Made by a program: the position numbers and the translations under genes. From the sequence record SRR9188677_125: a stretch of 20,000 nucleotides of DNA; one strand, written 5' to 3'. Of this stretch, positions 8,166-15,274 are shown piece after piece. Each line of letters opens with the position of its first letter. Within the stretch, counting starts at the first letter, position 1. A model generated the notes under the pieces. That model was not told where the DNA came from and did not search any database. It saw nothing but the letters and a program-made list of their open reading frames with translations.

Positions 8166-8183
8166 AGTGTAAAATTTCAGGGG
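8166..8183 (-). repeat. Right arm of the perfect 18-bp inverted repeat (AGTGTAAAATTTCAGGGG)
   Basis: Exact reverse complement of 6483-6500. Lies in the ygiD-LprI intergenic gap. Confidence 0.85.
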
Positions 8184-8220
8184 TTTATTTGGGTAACTTT
8201 ATCGCTCTAAACTTTGTGAA

Positions 8221-8619
8221 ATGAAAACAAAATGCTGCATGCTGCTATTTATTTTATGCTTTACCGGCTTATCATTCGGGCAAAATCAGGATCAGATGAA
8301 CCAAAAGGCTTATGATGAGTATAAAAAAGTAGATAAAGAGCTTAATTCGGTCTACGGAAAAATACTTAAGCAATACAAATCGGATACTGAGTTTATCAGA
8401 AACCTCAAGAAATCACAAAAAATCTGGATCACTTTTCGCGATGCTGAAATGCGGGTGAAATACCCCAATCGCGGTTCCGGAACTTATGCTTCCTCCCACC
8501 AGATGTGCTGGTACGGTTACATAGCCGGGCTCACCAAAAAAAGAACCAAAGAGCTCAATGTATGGTTAACCGGAATTGAAGAAGGCGACGTCTGCGCAGG
8601 TTCGGTAAAAAAGAAATAG
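8221..8619 (+). CDS. LprI/DUF1311-family exported protein (lysozyme-inhibitor-like)
   Basis: Signal peptide SFG|Q, plus Q..MN..A......DKELNSVY, LKKSQKIWITFRDAE and MC......T..RTKEL patterns. Confidence 0.85.
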   Translation: MKTKCCMLLFILCFTGLSFGQNQDQMNQKAYDEYKKVDKELNSVYGKILKQYKSDTEFIRNLKKSQKIWITFRDAEMRVKYPNRGSGTYASSHQMCWYGYIAGLTKKRTKELNVWLTGIEEGDVCAGSVKKK

Positions 8620-8626
8620 GCCCACA

Positions 8627-9805
8627 TCAATACTCAAACTTCCCAAACTCGCTTTCTATAGTGAGTTTTTTGCTTTCAGAAGCTTCTACCCTGCCTACAA
8701 TCTGGGCATCAACCCCGAAAGATTTTGAGATTTCGATGATGTCGTTGGCAATTTCTGAAGGAACGTACAATTCCATTCTATGGCCACAATTGAACACCTG
8801 GTACATTTCCTTCCAATCCGTTTTGGATTGCGCCTGAATGAGTTTGAACAAAGGTGGAACCGGAAATAAAGTATCTTTTATTACGTGCACATTCTCTACA
8901 AAATGCAACACTTTAGTTTGAGCACCACCCGAACAATGTACCATTCCGTGAATTTCATTTGGAGTATATTTTCCTAAAATCGATTTAATTATCGGAGCGT
9001 AAGTACGCGTTGGGGACAAAACCAATTTTCCGGCGTCGATTGGGGAATCTTCAACTGCATCGGTCAAATTCGTATTTCCGGAATAGACCAAATCTTTTGG
9101 TACAGAACTGTCGAAACTTTCCGGATATTTTTCGGCTAAGTAGTGGGCAAAAACATCATGACGTGCCGATGTCAGTCCGTTGCTTCCCATTCCGCCGTTG
9201 TAGCTTTTCTCATATCTGGCCTGACCGAAAGAAGCCAAACCGACAATCACATCGCCAGCTTTGATATTGGCATTGTCAACCACATCACTGCGCTTTATAC
9301 GGGCAGTTACGGTAGAATCCACAATGATTGTACGAACCAAATCGCCTACATCGGCTGTTTCTCCGCCAGTTGAATGTATGGTTACGCCAAATGATTTCAG
9401 TTCTTCAATAAGTTCTTCAGTGCCATTGATTATGGCAGAAAGCACTTCGCCCGGGATCAGGTTTTTGTTCCTTCCGATTGTTGACGAAAGCATGATATTG
9501 TCTGTAGCGCCAACACAAAGCAAGTCGTCAATATTCATAATCAACGCATCCTGTGCAATCCCTTTCCAAACCGAAAGATCGCCGGTTTCTTTCCAGTACA
9601 TATAGGCCAGGGAAGATTTTGTACCGGCACCGTCTGCGTGCATTATCAGGCAATAATCCTCATCATTAGTCAAATAATCGGGAACTATTTTGCAGAACGC
9701 TTTTGGGAATAATCCTTTATCGATGTTTTTAATAGCATTGTGAACATCTTCTTTGGAAGCCGAAACCCCACGAAGATTGTAACGTTGACTGTTATCAGAG
9801 CTCAT
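8627..9805 (-). CDS. purM: AIR synthase (phosphoribosylformylglycinamidine cyclo-ligase), Bacteroidota type
   Basis: RGVSASKEDVH, HADGAGTKS, MNIDDLLCVGA, GGETADVGD, GSNGLTSARHD, HCSGG and EMYQVFNCG motifs. Confidence 0.93.
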   Translation of the reverse strand: MSSDNSQRYNLRGVSASKEDVHNAIKNIDKGLFPKAFCKIVPDYLTNDEDYCLIMHADGAGTKSSLAYMYWKETGDLSVWKGIAQDALIMNIDDLLCVGATDNIMLSSTIGRNKNLIPGEVLSAIINGTEELIEELKSFGVTIHSTGGETADVGDLVRTIIVDSTVTARIKRSDVVDNANIKAGDVIVGLASFGQARYEKSYNGGMGSNGLTSARHDVFAHYLAEKYPESFDSSVPKDLVYSGNTNLTDAVEDSPIDAGKLVLSPTRTYAPIIKSILGKYTPNEIHGMVHCSGGAQTKVLHFVENVHVIKDTLFPVPPLFKLIQAQSKTDWKEMYQVFNCGHRMELYVPSEIANDIIEISKSFGVDAQIVGRVEASESKKLTIESEFGKFEY

Positions 9806-9828
9806 GTGTAGTAGTTAGTTGTGTTGCG

Positions 9829-9836
9829 CAAAGATA
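9829..9836 (-). promoter_or_regulatory. -7 promoter box for purM
   Basis: Minus-strand TATCTTTG, 23 nt upstream of the purM ATG. Confidence 0.65.
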
Positions 9837-9841
9837 GGTTT

Positions 9842-9873
9842 AATGTGTCAATTAGGCAATTTGAAAATTTGAT
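9842..9873. repeat. Degenerate 8-bp tandem repeat, 4 units
   Basis: AATGTGTC|AATTAGGC|AATTTGAA|AATTTGAT. Confidence 0.45.
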
Positions 9874-10640
9874 TATTTCTCCACAATCAGGATTTCTACG
9901 CGTCGGTTTTCATTTTCCTGCTGCTCGTCCTTTTCGGGAATCGGATGCAGGGGTTTTGTAGTTCCAAAACCTTTGAAGGACATGCGTTTCTTATCGATTT
10001 TATTCCGGATCAGATAATTATAGATTGCCCTTGCCCGCGAGGTGGATAAATTCAAAAGGTCCGAAGGCTGGCAACAGATATGGCCTTGAATCTGGATCTT
10101 AAGCTTTGGGTTTTCTTCCATCGCGCAGCGTAAGTCATAAAGCGTTGGTTCGGATTTCGGAACGATGCGGGCGGAATTATTGAAGAAATAAATGTCCGGC
10201 AAAGTAATGTGCTCGCCAACCTTGGATTCTTTTATCTTCTTAGTCAATTCCATTTCGATTGGTACGGCAACCGGTTCATTATAAAAGATAGTCACCTTTC
10301 GGTTCTCTGCCTGGACTTTGGATTGCTTGAAATCTTTACCGTAAGCTGTTTTTTCTAAATATTTGGAGAACTTCAGTCCGCTTTTCTCTAACAGAAGCTG
10401 AACATTTTCAATACGCCTTTCCGATAGTTTTATGTTGTAATTTTTGGTGTCGATGCTGTCGCAGTAACCTAAAAGCTTGGTAATTTCGGCATCTTTGTTT
10501 TTGGAAATCCATTCGTTGAGCACCAAAACGGAAGGCGGGTTTGGAAAATCCTTATTAAAATCGAAAAACGCCTCAATTTGTTTCTGCCCCAACGATTTGA
10601 TAGAGACCAGGAGAAACAATATGATTATTTTCCCTTTCAT
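9873..10640 (-). CDS. OmpA-family periplasmic protein with two OmpA-C-like domains (copy 3 in transcription order)
   Basis: Signal SLG|Q. N-domain FFDFNKD..GYCDSID..LSERR..ENRKV. C-domain IYFFNNS..QGHICC..LSTSRARAIYNYL..GFG..ENRRVEILIV. Confidence 0.9.
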   Translation of the reverse strand: MKGKIIILFLLVSIKSLGQKQIEAFFDFNKDFPNPPSVLVLNEWISKNKDAEITKLLGYCDSIDTKNYNIKLSERRIENVQLLLEKSGLKFSKYLEKTAYGKDFKQSKVQAENRKVTIFYNEPVAVPIEMELTKKIKESKVGEHITLPDIYFFNNSARIVPKSEPTLYDLRCAMEENPKLKIQIQGHICCQPSDLLNLSTSRARAIYNYLIRNKIDKKRMSFKGFGTTKPLHPIPEKDEQQENENRRVEILIVEK

Positions 10641-11632
10641 TTTTTTTGCACAATCAGGATTTCTACTCTGCGGTTGGCCATGCGCTGCTTTTCATTTTTT
10701 TCCGGTACTTTATAGATCGGATTGTTGCTCCCAAAGCCTTTAAAATCCAATCGGTTAACCTCAACCCCATGACCTGTTAAATATTTAAGGATAACCAATG
10801 CCCGGCGATAGGAAAGCTTGGTGTCGTTTGGATTTGGGTTACAGCAGATGTGCCCGTGTATCGCAATCCTCAAACCCGGATTATCCAGCATCACCTGAAG
10901 CAGTTCATTCAAAAGCGGTACCGACTGATCCATCACTTTTTCGGAATTAAAATGAAAAATGATATTGCTTATCCTAATCAGGTCACCTACTTTGGCTTTT
11001 TCAAACTTCAAGGCCAAACCGGCTTTCTCTTCAGCAATCATAGCGTCCATGTCTATCGGCTCAAATACTTCTTCTTCAATCTGTCCGGTTACTTTTTCTG
11101 CTTCCGTCTGTTTTCCCGGAGTTTTTCCGAACAGAGTCTGCGGCTTGTTTACCGGCTTAGGGTTTGGTTTGGATTCCGTTAAAGCTACTTTGCCTGCATT
11201 CGGATTTACAGCGGTTTTTGTTTCTTTATCCGATTCCTTTTTTATATCCATTGGGAGGGAATAAAACACTTCCACTTTCCTGTTCTCGCTCTGGATTTTG
11301 GAATACTTAAAATCTTCCCCAAAAGATTTCAGCTCCACCTTATCCGCTATTTTGATGTGCTCTTTTTTAAAAATTTCCAGCATAGAATGGATCCTGCGCA
11401 TGGCCAGCTGCTTGTTGTAATCATTGGAATCGACACTATCGCAATAACCCAAGACCTTGGTGATTTCTGCCGTTTTGTTTTCGGCTATCCATTGATTTAT
11501 TTTAGCTTGTGAAGCTTCATTGGCTATGTCCTGATTGAAGTCAAAAAAAACCTCGAATTTATTTTGGCTAAAACAGTTTAGTGACAACAACACAACGAAA
11601 ACTAAAAATTGTGGCTTCATCTTAATTTTCAA
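10637..11632 (-). CDS. OmpA-family periplasmic protein with two OmpA-C-like domains and a long Pro/Lys/Glu linker (copy 2)
   Basis: Signal CFS|Q. GYCDSVD..LAMRR..ENRKV, then HGHICC..LSYRRA..ANRRVEILIV. Start could be 11620. Confidence 0.9.
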   Translation of the reverse strand: MKIKMKPQFLVFVVLLSLNCFSQNKFEVFFDFNQDIANEASQAKINQWIAENKTAEITKVLGYCDSVDSNDYNKQLAMRRIHSMLEIFKKEHIKIADKVELKSFGEDFKYSKIQSENRKVEVFYSLPMDIKKESDKETKTAVNPNAGKVALTESKPNPKPVNKPQTLFGKTPGKQTEAEKVTGQIEEEVFEPIDMDAMIAEEKAGLALKFEKAKVGDLIRISNIIFHFNSEKVMDQSVPLLNELLQVMLDNPGLRIAIHGHICCNPNPNDTKLSYRRALVILKYLTGHGVEVNRLDFKGFGSNNPIYKVPEKNEKQRMANRRVEILIVQKK

Positions 11633-12506
11633 CGATTAGGATTTCAACTCTTCGATTGGCGGCGCGCTCTTTTTCATCTTTTTCCGGTATCGGATAAATG
11701 GGTGCCGTGCTTCCAAAACCTTTATAGGATAGCCTCGCTTTGGAAATATCCCTCGAAACCAGAAAATTATAGATGGCTTTTGCCCTTTGCGTAGACAAAT
11801 CAGTCCGGTCAACCGGCATACAGCATAAGTGCCCGTGGATTTCTATTTTTAAATTGGGGTTACTCTGAAGCACCAAAAGCAGCTCAAACAATTTTCCGCG
11901 CGATTCATTGACTACGGCAAAGGTATTGATGATGAAATTGAGGTTTTCGATTTTAAGTTTTTCCCCGGCTTTGGCATGTTCAATCTGTTTCATGAAATTC
12001 CGGTCGAGCTTGAATTCCGAGGTAGTCCCGTTGGGGTTTTCGAATATCAATTTCTCTGGATATTCGACTTCTTTTTTAGGTTCTACCGCAGCTGGTTCTT
12101 TTTTGATCCCGAGGATCTCATTTTCGCGCGGAATGTCCTTTTCCAAAATATAATAGAGGGTAACCCTTCTATTTTCAGCCTTATTTTTAGACTGCTCAAA
12201 GGTTTCGCCAAAACTGATCGTCTTGAAATCGTCTCTGGTTTTGATTTGTGTTTTTACTAGGTTATAAATGAAATTAACCCTTTTTTGCGCTAGCGTATCG
12301 TTGAAACTATTCGTTCCGTCTTCGTCGGTAAACCCGTGAATCGCTACTATTTTATTGTTTCTGTTTTCAGAAATCCAGGCATTCAGCTTGGCATTCTCTT
12401 TCGGGATCAGCTCGAATTTATTGCTGTCAAAATAGACTGTAAATTTTTGCTGGGCATGGGCCAGTAGCGAAAAGAAAGCGAAAAGAAAAACAAAATAGGA
12501 TTTCAT
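11622..12506 (-). CDS. OmpA-family periplasmic protein with two OmpA-C-like domains (copy 1)
   Basis: Start re-called at ATG 12506 (MKSYFVFLFAFFSLLAHA|Q signal peptide). HGFTDEDG..LAQKR..ENRRV, then HGHLCC..LSTQRA..ANRRVEILIV. Confidence 0.9.
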   Translation of the reverse strand: MKSYFVFLFAFFSLLAHAQQKFTVYFDSNKFELIPKENAKLNAWISENRNNKIVAIHGFTDEDGTNSFNDTLAQKRVNFIYNLVKTQIKTRDDFKTISFGETFEQSKNKAENRRVTLYYILEKDIPRENEILGIKKEPAAVEPKKEVEYPEKLIFENPNGTTSEFKLDRNFMKQIEHAKAGEKLKIENLNFIINTFAVVNESRGKLFELLLVLQSNPNLKIEIHGHLCCMPVDRTDLSTQRAKAIYNFLVSRDISKARLSYKGFGSTAPIYPIPEKDEKERAANRRVEILIVEN

Positions 12507-12617
12507 AAAATGCAAATTATACCGAAAGTTACAATAAAATACGGTTGGGGGTTCAAAAACGAACCGATTATCTAAATAAAAAACGCAGAATTTGTAATAA
12601 TATTGTGGAGAAAAATT

Positions 12618-12625
12618 TACATTTG
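12618..12625 (+). promoter_or_regulatory. -7 promoter box for the T9SS gene pair
   Basis: TACATTTG 18 nt upstream of ATG 12644. A TTTG is present at 12591-12594. Confidence 0.65.
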
Positions 12626-12643
12626 GCACCTAAAAATTTAACC

Positions 12644-13087
12644 ATGAAACAATTATTACTAGTTCCTTTACTGGCTGTTGGCTTATCAGCTAATTCCCAG
12701 TCAGTGATACAATCTGTAAATTCAGGAAGCATAATTGGCGCAGGCGGTTCTGTTTCAGTTGGCGAGATTGTGGTTGTTGCGCAAAACCAATCGAGTTCCA
12801 GCTCGGGGATTATCGGGATTTTGGTGCAAACGCTGGAAGTTCCACAACTAGAACTTAGCGCAAAAATTACCGTTTTCCCTAACCCAGCCACAGCCACAGT
12901 TTATTTTCAGACGGATGTTAATCTGGCAGATGAAAAAATTGCTGTTTTCAATTTGTCAGGGCAATTAGTCTCCGAAAAAAAGATCGCGGCTGACCATTCT
13001 TTGGATCTGTCCGAACTGTCTAACGGAATTTACATGATTCAATTCTCAAACAAAAAAATCAATTCATTTAAAATCATCAAACACTAA
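12644..13087 (+). CDS. Small T9SS type-A sorting-domain protein (signal peptide + ~45 aa + CTD)
   Basis: Start re-called at 12644 (MKQLLLVPLLAVGLSANS|Q). CTD ITVFPNPA..VFNLSGQLV..LDLSELSNGIYMIQF..FKIIKH. Confidence 0.88.
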   Translation: MKQLLLVPLLAVGLSANSQSVIQSVNSGSIIGAGGSVSVGEIVVVAQNQSSSSSGIIGILVQTLEVPQLELSAKITVFPNPATATVYFQTDVNLADEKIAVFNLSGQLVSEKKIAADHSLDLSELSNGIYMIQFSNKKINSFKIIKH

Positions 13088-13088
13088 T

Positions 13089-14195
13089 ATGAAAAAATTA
13101 TTACTCGTAGCGGCACTTTTTATTTCATTACTGACTTTTGCGCAGGTTCCACAAGGAATTTCCTATCAGGCAATCGCGCTGAACAGTTCCGGGACTCCTG
13201 TTGTGAGTTCCAACGTTAGGCTGAAACTTTCCATTCTGGATGCTACAGCAACCGGGAGCATATTGTATTCTGAAACCCAATTGAAAACCACCAATGCCAA
13301 CGGATTATTCAACCTGGTAATCGGACAGGGAACAGTGGTTTCCGGGGTATTCAATACCATCAACTGGGGAACTAACTTAAAATTCCTAAAAGTAGAAATG
13401 GATGCAGCCGGCGGAACAAACTACACCTTGGTTGGAACTACGCAATTATTGGCTGTACCTTACGCATTGGCAGCGGACACTTTAATCACATCTGCCGGAG
13501 AAGGAATCACATTGGTTTCTCCAAACGGAACTTCATACCAACTTACCGTAAACAACAGCGGGCAATTGTCTTTGCCAACTTCCGGGGTAACCGGAACTAC
13601 ACCAAACCAAATCTACGCTTATGGAACATTTAATAGTTTCAATGCGGCAACTTCACTATTGTTCGCCAATAGCCCTAGCGCTTCTGCATTTTACGGATAC
13701 AAATATTTAACGGCAGGCGGACAAGTTAAATTTCTGGCAGAAAATAACTCGAGCGCTGCGGTTTATGGACTAAACGGATCATACGATGTAGTAATCGGGG
13801 GAAGTGCCTATGTTGTTCCGGCTAACGGATTTTACTTTTTGAAAATCACTCATTATGACCAGAACCCATTAAATCTTGATGCAAGCACATTTTCTCCTCA
13901 GTTGGAAGTTTGGTCAAGTAACGGAGGAACAAGTGTTGTCAACCCTACTTACAATGCTACCACAAACACGCTTTCTTTTGTTGTTAACGGAGTGACCAAT
14001 GCAAATAATTTCATATTCAATCTTCCTTATCCATCAGGGAATCCGCAACACGGCGACTCTTTATCAGACGGTACAATTGATGCTGGTGGCCCTTCAATCA
14101 ATTTCCCGGGTGCTACTGCAACCCCAAAAAACTACAGGGTTGATTTGGTTTTGAATTTCAACGGATCAGGAACTTACACCATCACACAGATATAA
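13089..14195 (+). CDS. Exported protein: conserved Bacteroidota N-terminal 'PQGISYQA..VPYAL' domain, SPNG connector and SusE/SusF-like beta-sandwich C-terminus; no T9SS CTD
   Basis: Signal TFA|Q. QVPQGISYQAIA..YSETQ..TNANGLFNLVIGQG..INWG..FLKVEMD..QLLAVPYALAA, then LVSPNGTSYQLTVNNSGQL, then IYAYGTFNSFN / VKFLAEN..VYG / YVVPANGFYFLKI. Confidence 0.85.
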   Translation: MKKLLLVAALFISLLTFAQVPQGISYQAIALNSSGTPVVSSNVRLKLSILDATATGSILYSETQLKTTNANGLFNLVIGQGTVVSGVFNTINWGTNLKFLKVEMDAAGGTNYTLVGTTQLLAVPYALAADTLITSAGEGITLVSPNGTSYQLTVNNSGQLSLPTSGVTGTTPNQIYAYGTFNSFNAATSLLFANSPSASAFYGYKYLTAGGQVKFLAENNSSAAVYGLNGSYDVVIGGSAYVVPANGFYFLKITHYDQNPLNLDASTFSPQLEVWSSNGGTSVVNPTYNATTNTLSFVVNGVTNANNFIFNLPYPSGNPQHGDSLSDGTIDAGGPSINFPGATATPKNYRVDLVLNFNGSGTYTITQI

Positions 14196-14207
14196 TTAAA
14201 AATACCG

Positions 14208-14238
14208 AAAAAAAGCCGCTCAATGAGCGGCTTTTTTT
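14208..14238. terminator. Intrinsic terminator, bidirectional form
   Basis: A7-GCCGCTCA-A-TGAGCGGC-T7. Confidence 0.9.
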
Positions 14239-14289
14239 GCATATAATCTATTTTAACAGTTTAATCTGGGAAATTATTTTTTTAAAAAA

Positions 14290-14297
14290 TATATTTG
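14290..14297 (+). promoter_or_regulatory. -7 promoter box
   Basis: TATATTTG 23 nt upstream of ATG 14321. Confidence 0.6.
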
Positions 14298-14320
14298 TTT
14301 CTATAACTAAACAAAATATT

Positions 14321-15208
14321 ATGAAGCAAAAATTACTTTACCTATTTATTTTATGCAATTATGCGGCTGTAGCGCAGATAACCATTGGTAGCGGAACGGC
14401 AGTAGATTCCAATGCCGGATTGTCTTCACCCATATCAAACTGGTACAACTATTCGCTTTCACAGACCATTTATTTGGCTTCTGAAATCAATGCCAGCGGA
14501 ACCATTACTTCATTGCAGTTCCCGCAAAACAATGCCACTGCGATTCCAAAATCTGATGACCTGATAAGCGTATGGATCGGCCACACAACAAAAACGCAAT
14601 TTAGCTCAACGGTTGGTACAAACGGAGCCGATATCGTTGACATTTCGACCATGACCAAGGTTATGGACAATGGGTCATTGGTAAAAACAGGGACTACGAC
14701 AACTTACACTTTAACTACTCCTTTTGTATACAACGGGACAGACAACCTGATTGTGGTCGTTAACGCAGCAGAATTTGGCAATGACGGAAATTCCACTTTA
14801 TACCTTCAAAGTCCAACAGCAGCTCCAAGGTCCATGATGATAAGAAGCGATGCGGCTGTATTTGATGCTTCCAATCCTACTAAAAATTTTACTGGGACTC
14901 TTACTGCAGATTCATGGCAGCAAAAATCAGTTCGCCCGATTGTTACCATTAATGGGCTTACAGCTTTAAGCACATCATCATTTCATTTGGAAAACAAGTT
15001 CCGTTTATATCCAAATCCTGCAACTGATACTGTAAACCTGGGTAAAACTTATGCTGCAATTGAAGTATATGACCTTCTTGGAAAGTTAGTTGCAAGCGAT
15101 AAGAATTCGGATAAAATTGCAGTATCTTCCTTTGTAAAAGGAATGTACATTGTTAAAGCAACCGATGAAAACGGTGCTTCTGAATCAGCAAAGCTGGTCA
15201 AAAATTAA
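14321..15208 (+). CDS. T9SS type-A sorting-domain protein with a single beta-rich passenger domain
   Basis: Start re-called at 14321 (MKQKLLYLFILCNYAAVA|Q). Passenger YNYSLSQTIYLASEI..TTPFVYNGTDNLIV. CTD FRLYPNPATD..VYDLLGKLV..KGMYIVK..KLVKN. Confidence 0.9.
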   Translation: MKQKLLYLFILCNYAAVAQITIGSGTAVDSNAGLSSPISNWYNYSLSQTIYLASEINASGTITSLQFPQNNATAIPKSDDLISVWIGHTTKTQFSSTVGTNGADIVDISTMTKVMDNGSLVKTGTTTTYTLTTPFVYNGTDNLIVVVNAAEFGNDGNSTLYLQSPTAAPRSMMIRSDAAVFDASNPTKNFTGTLTADSWQQKSVRPIVTINGLTALSTSSFHLENKFRLYPNPATDTVNLGKTYAAIEVYDLLGKLVASDKNSDKIAVSSFVKGMYIVKATDENGASESAKLVKN

Positions 15209-15220
15209 GAAACACAACAA

Positions 15221-15259
15221 ATAAAAAATCCCGTTTCAAATGAAACGGGATTTTTTTAT
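15221..15259. terminator. Bidirectional intrinsic terminator between the convergent T9SS gene and glnA
   Basis: AAAAAATCCCGTTTCA-AA-TGAAACGGGATTTTTT. Confidence 0.92.
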
Positions 15260-15274
15260 GGTTATAAATTACTG

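Noticed and set aside
6483-8183. The 18-bp inverted repeats as IS/transposon ends
   Set aside because: No transposase inside, no flanking target-site duplication, and the cargo includes the core gene clpS directly following prmA.
10637-10648. A8 run (A AAA AAA) at the ATGA overlap of OmpA copies 2 and 3; a -1 slip would fuse them
   Set aside because: The downstream gene has its own signal peptide, so a fusion makes little sense. A-rich sequence before ATG is normal in Bacteroidota and no stimulatory structure was seen.
12507-12643. Overlapping N-terminal extensions of ORFs 11622..12629(-) and 12545..13087(+)
   Set aside because: Signal peptides begin at ATG 12506 and 12644, and a promoter box lies within the extensions, so this is a divergent intergenic region.
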